Translations under genes and position numbers: made by a program
Notes under the pieces: generated by a model
What the model was told of the DNA's origin: nothing
Seen by the model: only the letters and a program-made list of their open reading frames with translations
Database searches by the model: none
Shown: positions 58,247-64,000 of the stretch, in pieces
Layout of the letters: each line of letters begins with the position of its first letter
Numbering within the stretch: position 1 is the stretch's first letter
IMG/VR virus record: IMGVR_UViG_3300033149_006617
Span: 3,756 to 67,755 of that record
Reading direction: 5' to 3' (one strand)
DNA from: a virus
DNA length: 64,000 bases

Positions 58247-58275
58247 TTGACTTTCTTTTTTAGATGTGTTAGAGT
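58247..58275 (+). promoter_or_regulatory. Rightward promoter
   Basis: TTGACT-17 nt-TAGAGT. Confidence 0.6.
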
Positions 58276-58311
58276 GGCCCCCAGAAGGGCGAAATAATTA
58301 TTGAAGGAGGG

Positions 58312-59019
58312 ATGAACATGAGTGCGGAAGACATGGGTAATGAAGACATGAGCAAAGACATGGGTAAGGAAGACATGGATAATGGTGGTGGCCTGTCTGC
58401 CTGTCTGCCTTCGTCCAGGCAGGCCTCGGCACAGGCAGGTACGAAGCACCGGACGAACGATGACGCAAAGCAACACATTGCGGCTGTGGTGGCGGGGTAC
58501 ATGGAGATGGCTGGGATTAACAAGTCAGAGATGGGCTGGAGGGCCCAGATGCATCCCAGCCAAATCAGCACATTGCTGAAGGGCAATTTGGACATCAGGG
58601 TGAGCACGGCGATGCGGCTGGCTGACGCCATTGGGATCAGTCTGGATGAATTGGTAGGGCGCGAGTTGCCAGAGGAACTACCTGAGGATGAATTACCAGA
58701 GGAGGAACTACCAGAGGAGGAACTACCAGAGGAGGAACTACCAGAGGATGGCGAGAACGTAGGAGAGGAAATAGAAGGGGATGAGGAAATAGAAGGGGAT
58801 GAGGAAATAGAAGGGGATGAGGAAGGGGAGATGGAAGATGAAGAAGAGGAATACGACGATGAGGAGGAATATGAGGATGAAGTAGAAGTTGAAAATGATG
58901 AAGAAAATAACGAAGAAAATAACGAGGAGAGTAATGAGGAGAATAATGAAGAGAATAGCGAAGAAAATAATGAAATAGAAATAGACGATGATGATATAGA
59001 GTGGGTATGGGAGGAGTGA
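58312..59019 (+). CDS. XRE-family HTH regulator with a very long acidic repeat tail
   Basis: 'INKSEMG...QISTLLKG..DIRVSTAMRLADAIGISLDELVGR'; EELP, EEIEGD and ENNE repeats. Confidence 0.78.
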   Translation: MNMSAEDMGNEDMSKDMGKEDMDNGGGLSACLPSSRQASAQAGTKHRTNDDAKQHIAAVVAGYMEMAGINKSEMGWRAQMHPSQISTLLKGNLDIRVSTAMRLADAIGISLDELVGRELPEELPEDELPEEELPEEELPEEELPEDGENVGEEIEGDEEIEGDEEIEGDEEGEMEDEEEEYDDEEEYEDEVEVENDEENNEENNEESNEENNEENSEENNEIEIDDDDIEWVWEE

Positions 59020-59095
59020 GGATTTCTTTGGTGCGGAAATTTTTGGGATTTTTTGTGCGGGAATTTTCTGTGCGGGGATTTTTTGTGGTGCTTTT

Positions 59096-59644
59096 TTGAT
59101 GCTGTTGGGGTGTGCGGTAGTGGTAGTAGGTGGGGCTAATGACGAGCAGATAAGTGACGAGCAAATAAATGAGCAAATAAATAAGGAACAAAAAATAAAA
59201 TCACAACAAGTAGCACGTATAGAGAACAGGTTGATGGTGGAGTTTCATTGGGGGCGCGAAAAAGCCCATGCTTGGGCTAATCAGGCGGTGTATCTGGCGC
59301 ATGAGTATGACGTAAGCCCCTACATTTTATTTGGAGTGTGGATGGTGGAGACCGGTGGTACCCTTAATCCTAATGTTAAAGGAAGAGCTGGAGAAAGGGG
59401 AATATGTCAATTCCTCCCATCCACCGCGAAAAATAATGGCTATGATTGGAGCAAGGTCTGCAATCCAAAATATTGGCACTACCAGATGTTAATGACAGCA
59501 CAACACTTGAGAGGATTGGGGGATAGATGCGGTTCGTTGGAAGGTGCACTCTATAGGTACAACGGCAATAAAAAATATATAAAATGGGTAAAAAGAGCGG
59601 CAAAGAAATGGGAGATATTCCCATTACCAAAGGAGGAAAGATAA
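59096..59644 (+). CDS. Lytic transglycosylase (SLT domain)
   Basis: VETGG, GERGICQFLPSTA, ALYRYNG. Confidence 0.8.
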   Translation: MMLLGCAVVVVGGANDEQISDEQINEQINKEQKIKSQQVARIENRLMVEFHWGREKAHAWANQAVYLAHEYDVSPYILFGVWMVETGGTLNPNVKGRAGERGICQFLPSTAKNNGYDWSKVCNPKYWHYQMLMTAQHLRGLGDRCGSLEGALYRYNGNKKYIKWVKRAAKKWEIFPLPKEER

Positions 59645-59922
59645 TGAAAAAGGCAATATTTTGTAAGGATGTATCTGAGAAGTTCAGTGGAGATGCGGAA
59701 TTGTATCGAATGGACCCGCCGCTGAATGGATACGAATATGTAGTATCTTCTGCGGCGATGGCTATGTTTACCGGCCCAGAGACTTATCTATTTGGTGCTG
59801 ATGAGAATGGTGAGGTCCTGGATTGGATGGAATTGGATGGTAGCATCAGGGGCGTATATGATCCTGAAGGGGCTATTGAGACTGCCGGATATGTTATTGT
59901 GGGGAAAGATGACGAAGAATGA
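59644..59922 (+). CDS. Hypothetical phage protein
   Basis: YVVSSA..GPETYLF.ADE.G...W.EL.GS. Confidence 0.65.
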   Translation: MKKAIFCKDVSEKFSGDAELYRMDPPLNGYEYVVSSAAMAMFTGPETYLFGADENGEVLDWMELDGSIRGVYDPEGAIETAGYVIVGKDDEE

Positions 59923-59972
59923 ATTTATAAATAAAACGAACTTGTATTACGCAATGTTAAAGGAGGGGTCAG

Positions 59973-60551
59973 ATGGATATTCCTCAATGGAATGAAAAGC
60001 AAGGTGATGTTATAGATATTGCCAAGTTGTGGCATGATGAGGCAGAATCAGGGCGGGTTTGGTTGTGGGGGATTTTGGATAAGGATTTGGCATTGCCTAT
60101 TGTAGCCTATATGAACAAGCTCAACCAGGATGAAAATCTAAAGGCTATTGTAATATATATAAATTGCCGAGGAGGGAAAGCCGACCAGCTCTTTGCAATA
60201 GTAGACCAAATGAGAACGATGAGGACCGGTGTAGTTACTGTGGTTCATGGTGTAGCGCTTAGTGCAGGGTGTGTTATCGCTGCATCGGGGGATAAGAGGT
60301 TGGCTCTTCCTCATGCGCGATTTTTGTTCCACGGCGCAAGCCAATTCTTCGGTGAGCATACGAGCAGGGACATTAAAATTGATGCCGAGGAACTAGCCGC
60401 TATAGACGAAATGCTTTGTGAGCATATGGCCAGCGTTACCAAGAAACGTAAGTCGTTTTGGAAGAAATTTGTGAAAAATTCTGAGGATAGATGGTTCGGA
60501 GTAGAAGAGGCATTGGAATGGGGCGTAATTGATGGCGTTATAAAACCCTAG
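59973..60551 (+). CDS. clpP: ClpP-family protease
   Basis: IYINCRGG, GVALSAG (Ser), R.ALPHARFLFH (His), DRWF..EEALEWGVID. Confidence 0.85.
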   Translation: MDIPQWNEKQGDVIDIAKLWHDEAESGRVWLWGILDKDLALPIVAYMNKLNQDENLKAIVIYINCRGGKADQLFAIVDQMRTMRTGVVTVVHGVALSAGCVIAASGDKRLALPHARFLFHGASQFFGEHTSRDIKIDAEELAAIDEMLCEHMASVTKKRKSFWKKFVKNSEDRWFGVEEALEWGVIDGVIKP

Positions 60552-60560
60552 GAGGGGCTT

Positions 60561-60776
60561 ATGCTTGAATGGTCTGCTCGTTGGAATAAATTGAACTTGT
60601 ATGGTGGTAGCTTTTTCCAGGTGTGTATCTATTACCATTCATCCCAGGTAGCATGTGGGAAAGGAAATTCATTGCGCGAAGCATTAGATGTTGCCCTGGA
60701 TGAATTGGTAAAGAGTGCATCTCATGCTGTTGAACGTCAATTGCTTACCGAGTGCGGATCACTCTTGGCTAAATAA
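60561..60776 (+). CDS. Hypothetical protein
   Basis: AGGAGG SD. Confidence 0.45.
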   Translation: MLEWSARWNKLNLYGGSFFQVCIYYHSSQVACGKGNSLREALDVALDELVKSASHAVERQLLTECGSLLAK

Positions 60777-60793
60777 CTGGCGATAAAGAGGAG

Positions 60794-61543
60794 GTGAGAA
60801 GCATGACCCTGCAAAAGGCAATTAAGTTATGCCGGAAGCAATGGGTACCATTTGAACTTTTGAATGCTCTTGCAGGGTGTGTCTCGTGGGAGGAAGCAGA
60901 AAATTTACTACGAGCACACCAAGATTGGGTAGCCAAGATAGTCATCAAGGTGCCTAAATTACGGAAGAAATTGTTGCCATTGCTCAATGGCACTAATCAA
61001 ATGGCCGTGGCGGATGTGCTTATAGCAATACCCAAAGCGCGTAGGGAAATATTATTGCTCTTAGACGGTAGTGACCAGCAAGCAATTGCGAAGGTAATTG
61101 TGGAGGTGCCGGAGTTGCGTGAGCAAATTTTACCGTATTTTGATGGCAGTGACCAACACGCATTGCAAAAAATATTGGTGCACTGCCCCGAATTACGGAA
61201 GCGAGTATTGCGTTTCTTGCGTGACCAGCGGGTGGCTGCCGGTGTGTTCGTGGAAGCGCCGGAATTGAGGTCTCAAATGATACATTGGTTTGATGGTAGT
61301 GACCAAGAGGCTATAGTATCTGCATTATGGGCACTTCCTACGATATGGAGACGTTTGCTCTCATTACTTGACCCCGATGATCCTTTGGTGTTGAAATACT
61401 TGGCGTATTGGATACCAGGATTGGCCCCCTATGTACAGGAATTATTGAAGCAGAAAAAATCGGGCCGGAAATGGTGGCAAACATGGCTAAAGAATCTGTG
61501 GGCGAAGATGATGGTTATAATCATTAAGGAGGGTGCAAAATGA
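60794..61543 (+). CDS. Helical repeat protein
   Basis: Five to six ~25-aa repeats 'PELR..IL..(L/F)DGSDQ.AI..V'. Confidence 0.7.
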   Translation: MRSMTLQKAIKLCRKQWVPFELLNALAGCVSWEEAENLLRAHQDWVAKIVIKVPKLRKKLLPLLNGTNQMAVADVLIAIPKARREILLLLDGSDQQAIAKVIVEVPELREQILPYFDGSDQHALQKILVHCPELRKRVLRFLRDQRVAAGVFVEAPELRSQMIHWFDGSDQEAIVSALWALPTIWRRLLSLLDPDDPLVLKYLAYWIPGLAPYVQELLKQKKSGRKWWQTWLKNLWAKMMVIIIKEGAK

Positions 61544-62082
61544 CATTAGACGAGGCGTTTGAAATAGCGGCGAGGTCGCTAATAGCTAATGCGGTCAAGA
61601 TGCGACTGGACGATGTTTTTAACATTACCATTGGCAGATGCGTATCAGCGGAGTGTAGCTACCCTCCCCCTGAGCACATGGAGGCTCCCATAGAGTTGCG
61701 AGCCTGGAACCTACTTGGCCGCGCACGCAGGGAGGACCTTAGGGCTGCCGCCCAGAGGCGGAGAGGTGCACTGCATCGCTTGGTATATGACGAGTGGTTG
61801 CAGGAGTTGAAAAGGAACGTACAGCGTGATGAAGAAACCATGTCCCTCCGTGATGCAGTTGAGTACATTGTGCCCAAGATTTGGCCGCCTGGCTTGCGGC
61901 GTCACTGTGTGTTTTATATCAGTGACCGGGGCTACAGGCCGATGGCCGATGATGAGAGGTTCAATAAAGCTTGTCGTGTCATCGTGGGGGCGGACCATGA
62001 TGATCTGAGGGCGATACTTGATACTATGCCGGAGTCATGGTGGGGAAAAGAGGGGGGCGAAACCGATGACACCTGTGACTAA
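61540..62082 (+). CDS. Hypothetical protein (internal duplication)
   Basis: MTLDEA...ARREDLRA / MSLRDAV...ADHDDLRA halves. Confidence 0.55.
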   Translation: MTLDEAFEIAARSLIANAVKMRLDDVFNITIGRCVSAECSYPPPEHMEAPIELRAWNLLGRARREDLRAAAQRRRGALHRLVYDEWLQELKRNVQRDEETMSLRDAVEYIVPKIWPPGLRRHCVFYISDRGYRPMADDERFNKACRVIVGADHDDLRAILDTMPESWWGKEGGETDDTCD

Positions 62083-62231
62083 GCACATTCTCTCCCTGAC
62101 GATCCTGGGCTTCGGTTTCGCGGTGCAAGCAGTGGGGTCTATACTGGTGTTACTCGGCGCAGTTCTGATAAGCGGGTCGGAAGGTGCAGCGAGTTTCCTC
62201 ATTGGCAGAATCGCACAGGAGGAGGAGCAAC

Positions 62232-62957
62232 ATGACCGGAATTGAATACGTTGACGAAACCTGGAACCCTGTAACTGGGTGCTCCTGGGTAAGCGCCGGT
62301 TGCGATAATTGCTATGCCCGCCGGTTGGCTAAGCGGTTCGGTTGGGACTTTACACCGAGGGCACATCCCGAACGGCTGGAGCAACCTCTGCATTGGAAGA
62401 AACCTCGTCGGATACTTGTACCCTCAATGGGGGATTTGTTCCACCCCGATATTGATGGGCGGTTTATTGCGGATGTGTGGGATACAATGCGGAAGGCGAA
62501 TTGGCATACGTTCTTTGTGCTGACCAAACGTCCTCGTATAGCCGCTGGCCTTAGGGCCGCAGAGGCTATCTATCCATTAGAGAATGTTCATTTCGGGGTG
62601 ACAGTGGAGGAGCCAGCCGAGATGAAACGCATAGAAGATATGCCCCTGATGAATCCGTGGCTGTCGTTGGAGCCGCTATTAGGCCCCGTCCGACTTAATG
62701 TTGTACTGTACTTAAAGTTGGCGAATTGGGTCGTCGTTGGTGGCGAGAGCGGCCCTGGAGCAAGGCCGATGAAACTGGAATGGGCACAACAGATTGTGAA
62801 CGATTGCCGCGAGGCGGGTGTCCCTGTATTTGTGAAGCAGCTTGGCAATGTTCTGGCGAAAGAATTGGGGCTGAAGTCGCGCAAAGGGAATGACCCTGCC
62901 GAGTGGCCGGAATCGCTTAGGGTGCGGGAGTTTCCAAAGAAAGGAGGTGAAGCATAA
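62232..62957 (+). CDS. Phage Gp37/Gp68 (DUF5131) radical-SAM-like protein
   Basis: TWNPVTGCSWVSAGCDNCYA, SMGDLFH, LTKRP, SLEPLLG, WVVVGGESG, FVKQLG. Confidence 0.9.
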   Translation: MTGIEYVDETWNPVTGCSWVSAGCDNCYARRLAKRFGWDFTPRAHPERLEQPLHWKKPRRILVPSMGDLFHPDIDGRFIADVWDTMRKANWHTFFVLTKRPRIAAGLRAAEAIYPLENVHFGVTVEEPAEMKRIEDMPLMNPWLSLEPLLGPVRLNVVLYLKLANWVVVGGESGPGARPMKLEWAQQIVNDCREAGVPVFVKQLGNVLAKELGLKSRKGNDPAEWPESLRVREFPKKGGEA

Positions 62958-63253
62958 TGAAAGGGCTGGACAAAGCAGTACAAACATTGGTCGCCGCTCA
63001 TGCAAGCTTCAGCCTCAATATGTCGCCGGAGAAAGCGGAGGAGCAAGTGTACAAGACGGTACTGCGTATCCGGTGGGGCGATGACCCCACTAAGGAGGCG
63101 CGGCAGGCTGTACGCCAAGCCGACCTGGGTGCATTGTTTGACAGCATTGAAACAGTGGTTACGGATGTGATAAAGGAGCTTGAATTGGAGGATAATCCCT
63201 ATTCTTGCCCTCCTCCACAGCCTAAGCATAAGCCTCTCAAAAAAGCCAATTAA
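62957..63253 (+). CDS. Hypothetical protein
   Basis: Coupled ORF with SD. Confidence 0.55.
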   Translation: MKGLDKAVQTLVAAHASFSLNMSPEKAEEQVYKTVLRIRWGDDPTKEARQAVRQADLGALFDSIETVVTDVIKELELEDNPYSCPPPQPKHKPLKKAN

Positions 63254-63276
63254 TCCCGCACAAAGGGTAATAAGGG

Positions 63277-63543
63277 ATGAGAAGACGAATCTCTAAGCCC
63301 AACTTAACAATGTACGAAGTAGAATACTTACTCACCCGTCACCAAAACGTGAAAGTCACGCTGGACGAACATAGCTGTGTAATCAAGCCCCGCTGGAGGC
63401 GGTTCCTGGTGTACTGCTATGAATATGATGATGATGTGCTTTGCTGGTGGCAGTGCGGTAGTCTCGTCGTCGAAACTATTGACCAAGTGCTGGATGTAGT
63501 AAAAGACTGGTTGAGGATAGATGATTCCTCGAGGAGATGGTAA
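63277..63543 (+). CDS. Hypothetical protein
   Basis: Operonic ORF. Confidence 0.45.
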   Translation: MRRRISKPNLTMYEVEYLLTRHQNVKVTLDEHSCVIKPRWRRFLVYCYEYDDDVLCWWQCGSLVVETIDQVLDVVKDWLRIDDSSRRW

Positions 63544-63857
63544 GAGTGGGTAAATATAATAGCCTAAAGACGCGGCTATATGAAGTGCTCTTTGACTTGA
63601 GCGAGCTTGAAGAGCGGATTGAGGTAAGGAGGCACAAAAACGCCGATGTGTCTTCTGCCCACTTTGCCAAAGTCCAACAGGGGATTCATGGGCTTATGGA
63701 GGGCCTACATTGTTTGAGTGTAGAAGTGTTTGGAGTGCTGTGGAACTCCAGCGAGGATAGCAAAATTGACGCAGATTCCACCGCAGAAGTCATTGAATTG
63801 CTCAATAAACTCACGAAAGGGTGGGGGGGAGAAAGATGTCTGAATATGAAGGTATAA
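63537..63857 (+). CDS. Hypothetical protein (paralog of 36406-36777)
   Basis: 'DADSTAEVIELLNKLTKGW'. Confidence 0.6.
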   Translation: MVRVGKYNSLKTRLYEVLFDLSELEERIEVRRHKNADVSSAHFAKVQQGIHGLMEGLHCLSVEVFGVLWNSSEDSKIDADSTAEVIELLNKLTKGWGGERCLNMKV

Positions 63858-64000
63858 GACTGCAGGTAAGGGCTTTACAGAGTGAACTGGTCGAACTTAT
63901 GGACAAGCTCGTGACAAGAGTTGATACTAATGCTGACAGAGATGATAGTTTATTTAGGGCATGGCGAGGATTGTGCAATCTCAGGGATGCCATATATGAC
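63836..64000 (+). CDS. Hypothetical protein, 3' truncated (likely the same family as 36406-36777)
   Basis: MSEYEGIRLQVRAL...LRDAIY vs MSENVRLARQVRAM...LAEAIY. Confidence 0.5.
   Translation, partial: MSEYEGIRLQVRALQSELVELMDKLVTRVDTNADRDDSLFRAWRGLCNLRDAIYD

Larger units (their letters stand above)
57713..58439. repeat. Four REP-like CCTGCCT...GCAGACAGG palindromic elements
   Basis: Copies at 57713-57747, 58056-58080, 58127-58151 (+) and 58392-58439 (-). Confidence 0.75.

Overview
The whole window reads as part of a large tailed bacteriophage (or prophage) genome using the standard code, SD sites and sigma70-type promoters. The host cannot be determined from sequence alone. Layout: (1) 1-5.1 kb, nucleotide-sugar/glycan genes running directly into (2) 5.3-20.4 kb, neck and tail morphogenesis genes. 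These include a tail tube, a chaperone with a -1 frameshift, a tape measure and tail-tip proteins, with a heptose kinase and a GT9 heptosyltransferase embedded among them. (3) 20.4-23.6 kb, lysis region. (4) 23.6-28.5 kb, a leftward operon: three tandem Y-RNA-like ncRNAs, Ro60/TROVE, thioredoxin and a UDG-PolA fusion. (5) 28.6-40.6 kb, replication/recombination genes (initiator with iterons, DnaB, SNF2, SSB, RecA, resolvase, Cas4-like nuclease, DnaG, two MTases, one of them split). (6) 40.6-57.2 kb, a leftward block of mostly small genes punctuated by repeated intergenic palindromes; it includes a beta clamp, tyrosine recombinase, RuvB, amidoligase and GATase. (7) A repeat-rich divergent control region at 57.2-58.3 kb, then rightward genes (HTH, SLT, ClpP, DUF5131). 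The most striking item is the Ro60/Y-RNA locus: three Y RNAs share one Ro-binding stem but carry different modules. One of them folds as a circularly permuted tRNA that keeps an anticodon stem-loop (UGG). All calls come from motif recognition by eye; no searches or folding programs were run.
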